From: Synergistales bacterium
Lineage (GTDB): Bacteria > Synergistota > Synergistia > Synergistales > JAFGMB01
DNA: 64,000 nucleotides
NCBI GenBank assembly: GCA_963666205.1
Contig: OY762654.1
Location: 2,208,001-2,272,000 of the forward strand
Direction: 5' to 3'
The translations under genes were made by a program, and so were the position numbers. Positions 9,365 through 18,976 of this stretch are shown one piece after another. Position 1 is the first letter of the stretch. Every line of letters starts with the position of its first letter. The notes under the pieces are model-generated. The model was given only the letters and a program-made list of their open reading frames with translations, had not been told where the DNA came from and ran no database searches.

Positions 9365-10267
9365 ATGAGAAAAATTACAGAAATGATGATTTTAATTTTG
9401 GTATTTTCCATTGTCATGTTTCCCAATCCTTTGTATGCATCCCGGAAACTCCCTGTTGTCGTTTCTATCTTACCTGAAAAATATCTTGTCGAGAGGGTCG
9501 GGGGAGATCTGGTGGATGTAGATGTTCTTATCCAGCCAGGTGGGGATCCTCATCTGTTTGAGCCAAAGCCAAGTCAGATGAAGGTTCTTGCAAGAGCAAA
9601 AATATTTTTTGCTATAGGTCTTCCCTTCGAAGGCTCACTGCTTCCCCGGCTGAAAACTCTGAATCCGGATCTGAATCTGGTTCATGTTGATGAAGGGATA
9701 TTCATATATCCCATGGAAACCCGTTCAGGGATCCATGGTCATGAAAGGTCGGAAAAAGAGACTAATGGTAGTCAACACCTTCCAGGAGATACCCATATAT
9801 GGAATTCTCCAGGGAATGTGAACAGGATAGTACGTAATGTTACCAGTGCTCTTGTCAGGCTTGATCCTTTAAATAGAGATACCTATCTGGACAACTGTTT
9901 TTCTTTCCTATTAGAAGTTGACGAAATTGATTGTTCTTTGAGGGAAATGCTTCTTGAAAAAAGAGGATCAAAATTTCTGGTATTTCACCCTGCCTGGGGA
10001 TATTTTGCCAGGGAATACGGATTGGTCCAGGTTCCGGTGGAGATCGAGGGAAAGGAAGCCAAACCGTCAGATATTCAGGCTCTGATCGAAGTTGCCAGGA
10101 AAGATAAAATTGAGGTAGTGCTGGTTTCTCCACAGTTTTCTGATAAAAGCGCACAGATTCTCGCGAGGGAGATCAATGGCAGAGTGGTAAAGATAGACCC
10201 TTTAGCCGAAAACTGGATAGAGAATATGAAAAAAGCAGGACAGATCATCAGAGAGGCGGCAAAATAG
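9365..10267 (+). CDS. znuA: Zn ABC transporter substrate-binding protein
   Basis: DPHLFEPKP, His-containing loop, DTHIWNSP and VFHPAWGYFA. Confidence 0.9.
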   Translation: MRKITEMMILILVFSIVMFPNPLYASRKLPVVVSILPEKYLVERVGGDLVDVDVLIQPGGDPHLFEPKPSQMKVLARAKIFFAIGLPFEGSLLPRLKTLNPDLNLVHVDEGIFIYPMETRSGIHGHERSEKETNGSQHLPGDTHIWNSPGNVNRIVRNVTSALVRLDPLNRDTYLDNCFSFLLEVDEIDCSLREMLLEKRGSKFLVFHPAWGYFAREYGLVQVPVEIEGKEAKPSDIQALIEVARKDKIEVVLVSPQFSDKSAQILAREINGRVVKIDPLAENWIENMKKAGQIIREAAK

Positions 10268-10273
10268 AATAAA

Positions 10274-11050
10274 ATGAAGATGGATATAGTAATTGAGAAT
10301 GTAAGTTTCAGTTATGACAATAAAACTATTCTTGAAGATGTATCCCTTCATATCCCGCCAAAAGAATTTCTGGCAGTCATAGGTCCTAATGGTGGTGGTA
10401 AAACCACCCTGCTCAAACTGATCCTGGGTTTGCTGAAACCTGATAAAGGTGAAATATCAATACTGGGAAAGATTCCAGAGAAGGCTGTACACCGATTGGG
10501 CTATGTACCTCAAGACACCGGCAATCATGTTCAATTTCCCATCACCGTTATGGACACGGTACTGATGGGATGCCTGGGAGAAAAGTATTCTATTTCTCCC
10601 ACAAGGAAACATCGGTTACAGGCAATTAACTCTCTCGAAAAGGTAGGGATCCTTGACCTGAAGGACGAACTGACCGGGACCCTTTCCCAGGGACAGCGGC
10701 AAAGGGTTTTTATTGCCAGAGCACTGACCACTGATCCTGAGATACTACTTCTCGACGAACCCACATCAAGCGTTGACCTGGATACCCAGAAGGTTTTCTA
10801 TGATACCCTTCTGGAACTGAACAGCAGAATGACAATCGTTATCGTAAGCCATGATCTATTTGCTGTAACAAGCCATGCCACCGCGGTGGCATGTGTGAAC
10901 CGGAAGATATGTTATCACAGTGAGGGTGAGATCAAACCAGAGATGCTTGAGCTTGCCTACGGAACCTGTCCTGTAGAACTGATCGCTCACGGAATTCCGC
11001 ACAGGGTTCTTGGTGTTCATGGAGAAGGGGAAGGGCACTCCCATGAGTGA
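10274..11050 (+). CDS. znuC: Zn ABC transporter ATP-binding protein
   Basis: GPNGGGKTT, GYVPQ, LSQGQRQR, LLLDEP, VSHD and VACVNR. Confidence 0.9.
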   Translation: MKMDIVIENVSFSYDNKTILEDVSLHIPPKEFLAVIGPNGGGKTTLLKLILGLLKPDKGEISILGKIPEKAVHRLGYVPQDTGNHVQFPITVMDTVLMGCLGEKYSISPTRKHRLQAINSLEKVGILDLKDELTGTLSQGQRQRVFIARALTTDPEILLLDEPTSSVDLDTQKVFYDTLLELNSRMTIVIVSHDLFAVTSHATAVACVNRKICYHSEGEIKPEMLELAYGTCPVELIAHGIPHRVLGVHGEGEGHSHE

Positions 11051-11852
11051 GATCCTTCAGTATGAATTCATGCGTAATGCTATTATGGCGGCGGTACTCT
11101 CCAGTCTTATCTGTGGGCTTATAGGTACTCTGATCGTTTTAAAAAGACTTGTTATCCTTGCTGGGGGAATTGCCCATGCTGCTTATGGCGGAGTTGGTCT
11201 TGCAGCCTTTATGGGAATTTCTCTGAGGGCAGGTGCCTTATTTTTTTCACTTTTCCTTTCTCTGATAATGGGCAGGATAATCCTCCAGAAGAAAGCCCGT
11301 GCGGATACCGCCATAGGGGTCATATGGGCGGTCGGAATGGCCATAGGAGTGATCTGTATAGATCTTACTCCAGGATATGGTGTAGATCTTATGAGTTATC
11401 TTTTCGGCAGTATTCTGTCCGTATCGAAAATCGACCTCTCCATGATGGGTACTATTGCAATACTTGGAATTCTGATGTGCTTCAGGTACTACAGGCTTAT
11501 TCTTGTATATATCTATGATGAGGATTTTGCCCGTACAAGGGGTATCAATGTAACACTGATCCATTATCTACTCGTCATTTTTATTTCTGTATCAGTAGTA
11601 CTTATCATAAGAGTGGTAGGCTTGATCCTTGTCATAGCCCTTCTGACCATTCCCCCCTCCATCGCAGAGGGTTACTCCAGATCATTGGCAGGGATGATCT
11701 GTTTATCTTCATTTCTCAGCCTTCTTTTTTCTCTTTGCGGCCTGTGGATTTCATACACCTATGACCTCACTTCGGGTGCTTCCATCATCATGGTGGCAGC
11801 AGCAGGATACCTCTTTTCAGAGATGTTTCACCTTTCATGTCAGCGAAGGTGA
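11043..11852 (+). CDS. znuB: Zn ABC transporter permease
   Basis: YEFMRNA, GIAHAAYGG, YLFGSIL and VVGLILVIALLTIP; overlaps the znuC stop. Confidence 0.9.
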   Translation: MSEILQYEFMRNAIMAAVLSSLICGLIGTLIVLKRLVILAGGIAHAAYGGVGLAAFMGISLRAGALFFSLFLSLIMGRIILQKKARADTAIGVIWAVGMAIGVICIDLTPGYGVDLMSYLFGSILSVSKIDLSMMGTIAILGILMCFRYYRLILVYIYDEDFARTRGINVTLIHYLLVIFISVSVVLIIRVVGLILVIALLTIPPSIAEGYSRSLAGMICLSSFLSLLFSLCGLWISYTYDLTSGASIIMVAAAGYLFSEMFHLSCQRR

Positions 11853-11972
11853 AGAATTCTGAGAGAATTGTTATAATATTATCCAATAGACAATATTATC
11901 ACATTAATCTGTTCTCCCTTCATCAGGCCTAGCGCTATTTATCATGATATTGTTGTAATAAACAGGAGGTGA

Positions 11973-12452
11973 ATGATGAGAGACAGGTATTTATCTGAAC
12001 ACAGAAGAAAAGATGTTTATCCTGCCAGCCTGTGGGATTCAAATGTGGACAGGTTATTTCAGGAAATGTCCAGGATGTTCGATGAGTTTTTTGCCCCCAC
12101 TTCCTCCAAATGTATGACAAGAGTTCCGCGAATAGATTTTTATCGGAGAGAGGGGAATGTTATTGCAGAAATAGAGCTGCCTGGAATAGATCCTGAAAAT
12201 GTGGATGTAAAGATATACAGGGATAGGTTGGTTTTAAACGCAGTAAAAAACCAGGAAAGTGATTATGATGAAGATTTTTTCTTATGTTCAGAGAGGTATT
12301 TTGGAAATATCTCCAGAGTAGTACAGTTTCCTGTAGAGGTAGATCCTGATACTGCGAAGGCTTCCTACCGGAAGGGTGTTCTCAGGATAGAAGTTGAAGA
12401 GATGGAGCAGTCTGAACGAGGAAAAACTGTAGATATTGTATTTGAAGACTGA
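11973..12452 (+). CDS. Hsp20/alpha-crystallin small heat shock protein
   Basis: ELPGIDPENVDV, ERYFGNISR and ASYRKGVL. Confidence 0.88.
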   Translation: MMRDRYLSEHRRKDVYPASLWDSNVDRLFQEMSRMFDEFFAPTSSKCMTRVPRIDFYRREGNVIAEIELPGIDPENVDVKIYRDRLVLNAVKNQESDYDEDFFLCSERYFGNISRVVQFPVEVDPDTAKASYRKGVLRIEVEEMEQSERGKTVDIVFED

Positions 12453-12487
12453 CAGGGAGGCGGCCATAAGGCCCACCTCCCTGTTTT
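12452..12487. terminator. bidirectional terminator
   Basis: ACAGGGAGG...CCTCCCTGTTTT between convergent genes. Confidence 0.6.
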
Positions 12488-13280
12488 AATCTCTGCAATC
12501 TGAGTTCCTGTTTTGAAGAGCCCATATCCATTCGTCAAGAAAATCATTAAGTTCTCCTGGTGGAGATAACCATATCTGGGCTGCTGTTTCTCTGTATGTT
12601 CTATTTATAAGTACAGCCAACCCTCTTCCCCAAAGAGCTTTGAATGCCTCTTCATCGCTAAAATCATCTCCGAGATAGCAGGAAGGATGGTATGGGTGGA
12701 AATCAAGGATCCTTTTTACCAGTGAACCTTTGTCGAATCCCCTGGCGACAAGTTCAATCCCATCCTCAAATACGACGGATTTAAGGTTAAACCTTGTATC
12801 GAGTTCCTTCCATGCATCCTCAAGGTTTTGTCTCAGTTCTGCAATTTCCGATTCATCGAGATCTTTCCAGGAAACCTCCAGTGATGCGGATCTGACAGTT
12901 ATTCTGTCGGGAGTTGTGAAATTCTTTGCCTGTTGCATTGCCCTGTGGAGACCTTCAGCCTGATTAAAATCAACATCTGTGGTTTTTATGGTTCCATCTG
13001 TTGTCAACAATTCAACTCCAGAGGCCCCCCAAATTTCAAGAGGTGATCTTAATCCCATGAGATCCTTTGTTTTCAAGGCGGGCATAACGCTTATCACAAT
13101 GACTTCACAACCAAGGGATATCAGTTTGTCGAGCCTTTCGGCAGGAGTCAGCATGGCAAGGTTACGATTTTTATTTATGGCGTAGGGTGTAAGGGGCCCT
13201 TCATAGTTGAATATTAGAATACTTTTTCCGTTTTTGCGTATCTGATCGAAAAAGACACTTGTTATTTCTGGTCTTTCCAC
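12486..13280 (-). CDS. trehalose-6-phosphate phosphatase-like HAD IIB protein with degenerate motif I
   Basis: FNYEGPLTP in place of DYDGTL, GASGVE, GFDKG and YLGDDFSDEEAF. Confidence 0.8.
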   Translation of the reverse strand: MERPEITSVFFDQIRKNGKSILIFNYEGPLTPYAINKNRNLAMLTPAERLDKLISLGCEVIVISVMPALKTKDLMGLRSPLEIWGASGVELLTTDGTIKTTDVDFNQAEGLHRAMQQAKNFTTPDRITVRSASLEVSWKDLDESEIAELRQNLEDAWKELDTRFNLKSVVFEDGIELVARGFDKGSLVKRILDFHPYHPSCYLGDDFSDEEAFKALWGRGLAVLINRTYRETAAQIWLSPPGELNDFLDEWIWALQNRNSDCRD

Positions 13281-13430
13281 AGATCAAACACCTCCTGCAG
13301 AGGGGATAGGCATTTTGTTTAAGAGGATTGTAGGGAAATATAGCGTAAGAAATATTTATCGATCGTCCAATATAAATTCTTAAATTCTGAATAATTACAA
13401 ACTCCACACCAAGGTTATTATAACTCTAAT

Positions 13431-13470
13431 AAAAGGAGAAAACCTACTTAATACGTGGTTTTCTCCTTTT
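13431..13470 (-). terminator. intrinsic terminator after ogt
   Basis: AAAAGGAGAAAACC...GGTTTTCTCCTTTT. Confidence 0.7.
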
Positions 13471-13490
13471 CGATCTATATTATCTGTGTT

Positions 13491-13967
13491 TCAGATGTTT
13501 TTTTTCTCGTGATCAAGAAGCCATTTTTTTCTCCATAACCCGCCTCCATAGCCGGTAAGGCTTCCATCTTTTCCTATGATCCTGTGGCAGGGAATAATTA
13601 TTCCTATAGGGTTGCTATGGTTAGCACCTCCCACAGCTCTTACAGCCCTAGGGTTTCCCGTTGCTTCAGCGATATCTATGTAGGCTGCAGTCTCTCCATA
13701 GGGGATCAGTATCAATTGATCCCAAACGTTTTTCTGAAAAGGGGTTCCCAGTGGTTTCAGGGGCAGATTGAAACTTTTTCTCAGGCCGTTGAAATATTCG
13801 TCCAGCTGGCGGGCACAAAGAAGAATAACTTCAGAGGATGAATGCTTTGTATCTTTTTCTCTTTCTTCTTCAACAAAACTGACCCGGAAAATATGTGTAT
13901 CATCTCCTTTAATTTCGAGGTTTCCTATGGGTGATCTCAAGATCAGTGATGAAAGTTTCTTTTCCAT
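13491..13967 (-). CDS. ogt: methylated-DNA--protein-cysteine methyltransferase
   Basis: GTPFQKNVW, IPYGET, RAVGGA, IIIPCHRII and GYGGG. Confidence 0.93.
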   Translation of the reverse strand: MEKKLSSLILRSPIGNLEIKGDDTHIFRVSFVEEEREKDTKHSSSEVILLCARQLDEYFNGLRKSFNLPLKPLGTPFQKNVWDQLILIPYGETAAYIDIAEATGNPRAVRAVGGANHSNPIGIIIPCHRIIGKDGSLTGYGGGLWRKKWLLDHEKKNI

Positions 13968-14134
13968 CTGAAAACCCGCCCCCTTCTGGATTTTATATGT
14001 ATATATCATTTTATCAAATCTTGAAACACGTCTGGAGAATTTATCTCTGAAGGGTTATCTGATTTCAGAGTATTCATGGAAATGGATTACTGATACCATA
14101 TATTTAACATTCAGGAACAGTTGGGAGGAATCTT

Positions 14135-15304
14135 GTGAAAAATCCATCCATTTATATTGACAGTAACAAACTCCTTGACGATCTTCAGAAGCTGATAAGC
14201 ATTAATTCAGTTAATCCGGATCTTGATCAGGATGGCCCAGGGGAGCGGGAAATCGCCATTTTTATAAAAGATCTTCTTTCCAACACTGGTTTTGAGGTCA
14301 AGCTTCAGGATCTTGGCTGCAACAGAATAAACCTTACGGCTCTGTTAAAGGGAACCGGAGGCGGCCGGACCCTTATGTTGAACGGACATATGGATACAGT
14401 TGATACCAGGGGTATGACCATTGATCCTTTTGATCCTGTTTTTAGTGATGGAAAAGTTTATGGCAGAGGGAGTCTTGATATGAAAGCCGGAATAGCCGCC
14501 ATCCTTTCAGCCTCAGGGGCGGTAGTTAATTCAGGGATAAAACTCAAGGGAGATCTTCTGCTTACTTTTGTAGCGGATGAGGAATACAAGAGTATCGGTA
14601 CTGAAGCAGTGGCAGAAAACTGGCATGCTGATGGCGCTATTATATGTGAACCTACAGATATGAAGCTTGTACTGGCTCATAAGGGTTTCACCTGGGAAAG
14701 GATAGCTTTTCATGGGAAAGCAGCACATGGAAGCAGGCCCGATGAAGGTGTGGATGCCATAATGCATGCGGGTATATTTTTAGCGGCCCTGGATAATTTT
14801 CAAAGGGAGGTACTGAAAAAGAGAAAACATCCTCTTCTGGGTTCTCCTTCAGTACATGCATCCCTCATAGATGGCGGAATAGGCATAAGTACCTATCCTG
14901 ACAGTTGTATCATGGAGTTTGAAAGAAGAACTATTCCGGGCGAAACTCCGGAAACGGTAAGGGAAGAGATCGAATCTCTATTGTTGGAACTGGGAAGAAG
15001 ATACCCGGATTTCTTGGTTGATCATGAACAGTATTTTGTCAGAAATCCCCTGGAAATTGATAAAGGGGACAGGCTGGTAAAGTGCCTGGGAGGATCATGG
15101 AAAAACATCATGGGATTTCCCGTTGAGGTAGGAGGTTTCAGTGGATGGGCCGATTCTGCCATACTTAAAGACAAGGGAATACCCGCCGTCAACTTTGGCC
15201 CGGCAGGAAGGGGCCTTCATGCAGCAGAAGAGTACGTGGAATTCCAATCTGTCATTGATTGCACAAAGGTGCTTACTGATACTATAATTACTTTCTGTTC
15301 ATGA
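14135..15304 (+). CDS. ArgE/DapE family M20 deacylase
   Basis: LNGHMDTV, GRGSLDMKAG, ADEE, CEPT, GKAAHGS and LHAAEEYV. Confidence 0.9.
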   Translation: MKNPSIYIDSNKLLDDLQKLISINSVNPDLDQDGPGEREIAIFIKDLLSNTGFEVKLQDLGCNRINLTALLKGTGGGRTLMLNGHMDTVDTRGMTIDPFDPVFSDGKVYGRGSLDMKAGIAAILSASGAVVNSGIKLKGDLLLTFVADEEYKSIGTEAVAENWHADGAIICEPTDMKLVLAHKGFTWERIAFHGKAAHGSRPDEGVDAIMHAGIFLAALDNFQREVLKKRKHPLLGSPSVHASLIDGGIGISTYPDSCIMEFERRTIPGETPETVREEIESLLLELGRRYPDFLVDHEQYFVRNPLEIDKGDRLVKCLGGSWKNIMGFPVEVGGFSGWADSAILKDKGIPAVNFGPAGRGLHAAEEYVEFQSVIDCTKVLTDTIITFCS

Positions 15305-15458
15305 AGTTTTTTAAAATACTATTTACCCGTTCTGGAGGTTCTGGCTATCTAGCCAGAATAAACTTCTCCAGGTCGAATCCCTGATAGAAGCAGTATCTTG
15401 TTCAGTTTTCCTGAGCCTCGAAAATCTGTTAAATATGAAGTACAGGAGGATTAAAATT

Positions 15459-16706
15459 ATGCTGAAGTTTACCCTTGATCAGGACCAGGAAATGGTTCAG
15501 ATCATCAACAATGAAGCAAAACGGCAGGAAGAATGTCTTGATCTTATTGCCTCGCAGAGCCTGGCTCCCGAGGCCATACTGGATGTGAGCGGCAGTATTC
15601 TTACAAACAGGACCATTGAGGGTTATCCTGGAAAGAGATATTACGCCGGAGGCAGGTATCTTGACGAGATGGAGCTTCTTGCCATAAACAGGGCTAAAGA
15701 GCTATTTGGCGCAGAACATGTCAATGTTCAGCCCCACTGCGGCACTAACACCAATATGGCTGTCTATCATGCTGTACTTCAACCCGGAGACAAGGTTCTT
15801 GCGATGAATCTCGCGGCCGGAGGACATCTATCCCATGGACATCCCCTTAATTCCGGAACCAGGATCTATGAATTTATTCATTACGGTGTGGATAAAGAAA
15901 CTTCTCTCATAGATTATGACGAACTGCGGAACCTTGCACTTGAGCATAAACCCAGGATCATAGTAGGCGGAACCAGCAGTTATCCCAGGGAGATAGACTG
16001 GAAAAGATTAAGAGAGATCGCAGATGAGGTTTCTGCTTATGTAGTGGCGGATGTGGCACATACAATCGGTTTCATAGCTGCCGGCATCCATGTCAATCCT
16101 GTACCATATGCAGAGTTCGTTAATTTTTCTCTCTATAAGACTCTTCCTGGACCAAGAGGGGGATGCATTCTCTGCCGGAAGGAATTTGCAGCAGATATTG
16201 ACCGTGCTGTATTTCCCGGATATCAGGGCTCGATGCTTACCCAGCTTATCGCTGCCAAGGCAGTCTGTTTCAAGATCGCCGCAACGGAAGAATTTCAAGA
16301 CATTGCCAGGCAGATAATTATAAACTCCCGAACCCTGGCAAGAGACCTGGAGGAAAAGGGAATGACCCTTGTTACTGGAGGAACTGATAGTCACATAATC
16401 CTTCTTGATGTTCGGGGGAAAGGCCTTACAGGTAAAATTGCAGAAAAAACTCTTGAAAAGATAGGCCTGACTGTCAACAGGAACGTTATACCCTTTGATC
16501 CGGAAAAACCATGGATCGCCAGCGGTGTGCGAATAGGGACTACAGTGGCGACAATGCGGGATATGAAAGAAACTGAGATGCATCAGCTCGCATCCTTTAT
16601 TGATAAGGCCCTTTCTGATCCGGAGAATGAAACGATGCTGTATGAACTCAAATCCCAGGTTAAGGATCTATGCTGCAGGTTCCCTCTTCTTCAGAGAACA
16701 GTTTAA
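15459..16706 (+). CDS. serine hydroxymethyltransferase-family enzyme with non-canonical active site
   Basis: EGYPGKRYY, NVQPH, GGHLSHG, DVAH, YKTLPGPRGG and SGVRIGT; several conserved GlyA residues are substituted. Confidence 0.88.
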   Translation: MLKFTLDQDQEMVQIINNEAKRQEECLDLIASQSLAPEAILDVSGSILTNRTIEGYPGKRYYAGGRYLDEMELLAINRAKELFGAEHVNVQPHCGTNTNMAVYHAVLQPGDKVLAMNLAAGGHLSHGHPLNSGTRIYEFIHYGVDKETSLIDYDELRNLALEHKPRIIVGGTSSYPREIDWKRLREIADEVSAYVVADVAHTIGFIAAGIHVNPVPYAEFVNFSLYKTLPGPRGGCILCRKEFAADIDRAVFPGYQGSMLTQLIAAKAVCFKIAATEEFQDIARQIIINSRTLARDLEEKGMTLVTGGTDSHIILLDVRGKGLTGKIAEKTLEKIGLTVNRNVIPFDPEKPWIASGVRIGTTVATMRDMKETEMHQLASFIDKALSDPENETMLYELKSQVKDLCCRFPLLQRTV

Positions 16707-16745
16707 TTTTTAAATAAAGATAAATGTTTTCCCTTGTTATATTTC

Positions 16746-16779
16746 AGATCCCGGCTTTCCTGCCGGGATCTTTTCTTTT
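16746..16779 (+). terminator. intrinsic terminator
   Basis: AGATCCCGGC-TTTCCT-GCCGGGATCT followed by a T-rich tail. Confidence 0.75.
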
Positions 16780-16891
16780 AAAGACGGAATATTGTCTGTG
16801 CTGCGACCTTTTTGCCCAATTCTGTGTAAATTGCCTTCCCTGGAGCAGTATAATAAAGTAGTATAGGTTTTATCAGGCAGATGGAGGTGGA

Positions 16892-17218
16892 GTGAAAATT
16901 ATGGAAAGCTACGAAAACTGCAAGATTATCACAAAGGCAAATATCTATTTCGATGGAAAAGTCCAGAGCCGGACCATTTACCTACCCGATGGAGAACGTA
17001 AGACCCTTGGAGTCATATTGCCGGGAGAATATGAGTTTGCCACAGGCGATAAGGAAATAATGGATATTGTTTCCGGACGAGCTCAGGTTCTCATGCCGGG
17101 CAAGGAAGAATGGGAAAGTTTCGAACCGGGGGTCAGTTTTTCAGTTCCTGCAAAATCAAATTTCAAGATCAGGTGCAGTGAAGTTACTGAGTATGTCTGT
17201 TCTTATCTTTCAGAATAA
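16892..17218 (+). CDS. ppnP: pyrimidine/purine nucleoside phosphorylase (DUF1255)
   Basis: KANIYFDGKVQSR, KTLGVILPGEYEFAT and EYVCSY. Confidence 0.88.
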   Translation: MKIMESYENCKIITKANIYFDGKVQSRTIYLPDGERKTLGVILPGEYEFATGDKEIMDIVSGRAQVLMPGKEEWESFEPGVSFSVPAKSNFKIRCSEVTEYVCSYLSE

Positions 17219-17233
17219 GAGGAGATGAACTTA

Positions 17234-17602
17234 ATGAAAAAGCAAATACGTACAGACAAGGCGCCCATGCCTATAGGTCCTTATTCCCAGGGACTTATTG
17301 TGGGCAACAGGATTTATGTAGCAGGACAGGGTCCTCTTGATGTGATATCAGGTAGGGTCCCGGAGGGAGTGTCATCCCAGACCAGGCAGGTTCTTAATAA
17401 TATCAGGACTATTCTGGAAGCAGGCGGATCCTCCATGGATGAAGTGGTAAAGACTACGGTCCATCTTGCGGATCTGAAGGATTTTGAAGCGTTTAATGAG
17501 GTATATCAAGAGTTCTTTACAGAGCCATATCCTGTTAGGACGACAGTAGGGAGTCAGTTATACGGCATCCTGGTGGAGATCGACGTTATCGCTGAAAAAT
17601 AA
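17234..17602 (+). CDS. RidA/YjgF family reactive intermediate deaminase
   Basis: APMPIGPYSQG, AGQGP, VVKTTVHL, PYPVRTTV and VEIDVIA. Confidence 0.9.
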   Translation: MKKQIRTDKAPMPIGPYSQGLIVGNRIYVAGQGPLDVISGRVPEGVSSQTRQVLNNIRTILEAGGSSMDEVVKTTVHLADLKDFEAFNEVYQEFFTEPYPVRTTVGSQLYGILVEIDVIAEK

Positions 17603-17628
17603 TGCTGTCTTTTCTCTTCTATATCTTC

Positions 17629-17661
17629 AAGGACCTTGGAATGTCTCGAGGTCCTTTTTTT
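17629..17661 (+). terminator. intrinsic terminator
   Basis: AAGGACCT...AGGTCC followed by TTTTTTT. Confidence 0.7.
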
Positions 17662-17800
17662 GATTCTTTAAACTGCGAATCGGAATAGCAGTACATTCTT
17701 GAATTAAGGTTAATTCATCTAGAAATAATAAGGTTCCTGACTTTAGGAAGAAAGTTGATAAAAAAGAGATTCAAACTGGGAAGAAAATGATAGAACTGAT

Positions 17801-17940
17801 GAGATAATGACAACTGTTCATAAAAGAGCCTGGAAGCTTCTTTGGAATATGGTACTCCCGGAAATTATGTTAATGGAGCAAATATTGCAGGTTCCCTGAT
17901 GTTTGCAAGGGGACCCAGGAATGACCAGGGAATCGTCTAG
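17801..17940 (+). pseudogene. gdhA: 3' remnant of NADP-glutamate dehydrogenase
   Basis: Reads EIMTTVHKRA / (frameshift) EASLEYGTPGNYVNGANIAGSLMFARGPRNDQGIV*, matching the GdhA C-terminal NYV.GANIAGF....AM..QG.V motif. Confidence 0.75.
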
Positions 17941-18096
17941 TCCTCTGGACCTAATAGAGATAGTCCTATAGGCTCCCATAAAGGGGGAAACAGGACACAG
18001 GCTGAGTAAATTGAAAGTCACGGTTTATCCCTGATGGAGTATGTTAACTTGAATCTGTAGAGAAAACACTTGAGACTGCTCCAGGAGGGACATTAT

Positions 18097-18810
18097 ATGA
18101 AAAATATGGAGAGCCGCAAAGATACCCCCATTGATCCTGCTCTATTATCGGGTGGTTTTGCTTTTCTGGAAAAAGAGAAACCTGATCTCTGTTTTGATTT
18201 TATGGACAGTCTTCTTCGTCAGGGTAGAATGGAGATTGAAAGTTATGACCATGCCCTCCGGGTAGGTATGCTTGCCAGGATGTTGTCTGAAAGGCTTGGT
18301 CTTCCCGTGGAATATCAGGAACTCCTGGCGAATGCAGCACCTCTTCACGATATAGGGAAAATGTATATTCCAGAAGCCATCCTTTTCAAGCCTGGCAAAC
18401 TTAACCTGATGGAATGGGTTGTAATGACTAACCATACGACCCGGGGATGGGGTCTCTTGAAGGATAGTGAATCCAGGATACTTAAAATGGCTGCCAGAAT
18501 ATGCCTGTCTCACCATGAGAGGTGGGATGGGTACGGATATCCCAATGGGATATCCAGGGAAGATATCCCCCTTCCAGGACAGATCGTTGCAGTTGCCGAC
18601 AGTTTCGATTCAATAGTGTCCTGCCGTCCCTACAGGAAGGCTTTTGCCCTGGAAGAAGGCATTTCTGAAATCAAAGGCCTCAAGGGAACCCAGTTTGCCC
18701 CATTGGTGGTTCATGCTTTTTCCAGTCTAGAAACCGAGATAAAGGAATATTATTCCTCGGAAGAAACAATGTTTCATGATCTAGGGTTTCACGAGCATCT
18801 TGTAAGTTAA
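18097..18810 (+). CDS. stand-alone HD-GYP domain protein (c-di-GMP phosphodiesterase-like)
   Basis: HALRV, LHDIGK, KPGKL, HHERWDGYGYP, VADSFD and RPYR. Confidence 0.9.
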   Translation: MKNMESRKDTPIDPALLSGGFAFLEKEKPDLCFDFMDSLLRQGRMEIESYDHALRVGMLARMLSERLGLPVEYQELLANAAPLHDIGKMYIPEAILFKPGKLNLMEWVVMTNHTTRGWGLLKDSESRILKMAARICLSHHERWDGYGYPNGISREDIPLPGQIVAVADSFDSIVSCRPYRKAFALEEGISEIKGLKGTQFAPLVVHAFSSLETEIKEYYSSEETMFHDLGFHEHLVS

Positions 18811-18823
18811 GACAGACAATGAT

Positions 18824-18885
18824 CCATGTATCCATAAAGAAGCCCCCTGGAAAACTGTCCAGGGGGCTTCTTTATGGATACATGG
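18824..18885. terminator. 28-bp perfect inverted repeat / terminator
   Basis: CCATGTATCCATAAAGAAGCCCCCTGGA-AAACTG-TCCAGGGGGCTTCTTTATGGATACATGG. Confidence 0.75.
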
Positions 18886-18902
18886 TGTGAAAATGACGGA
18901 AA

Positions 18903-18965
18903 TTGACAGTGAAACAGGAAAAAGATATTCTAGAACCGTTCCGATAAGAGAAATACTATTCCGAG
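18903..18965 (+). promoter_or_regulatory. sigma70 promoter and possible IclR operator
   Basis: TTGACA-N17-TATTCT (18903-18931), followed by GTTCCGATAAGAGAAATACTATTCCGA with repeated TTCCGA. Confidence 0.6.
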
Positions 18966-18976
18966 GAGTGGTTCAT

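Noticed and set aside
11860-11972. CIRCE element upstream of Hsp20
   Set aside because: No TTAGCACTC-N9-GAGTGCTAA match; only a partial TAGCGCT.
15296-15370. Selenocysteine read-through at the ArgE-like TGA (…FCS-UGA) with a downstream hairpin
   Set aside because: The protein is already complete at the family's normal C-terminus. The hairpin is farther away and better explained as an intergenic stem.
15305-15458. Glycine or ZTP riboswitch upstream of the GlyA-like gene
   Set aside because: I could not find the conserved aptamer motifs; only a simple hairpin is present.
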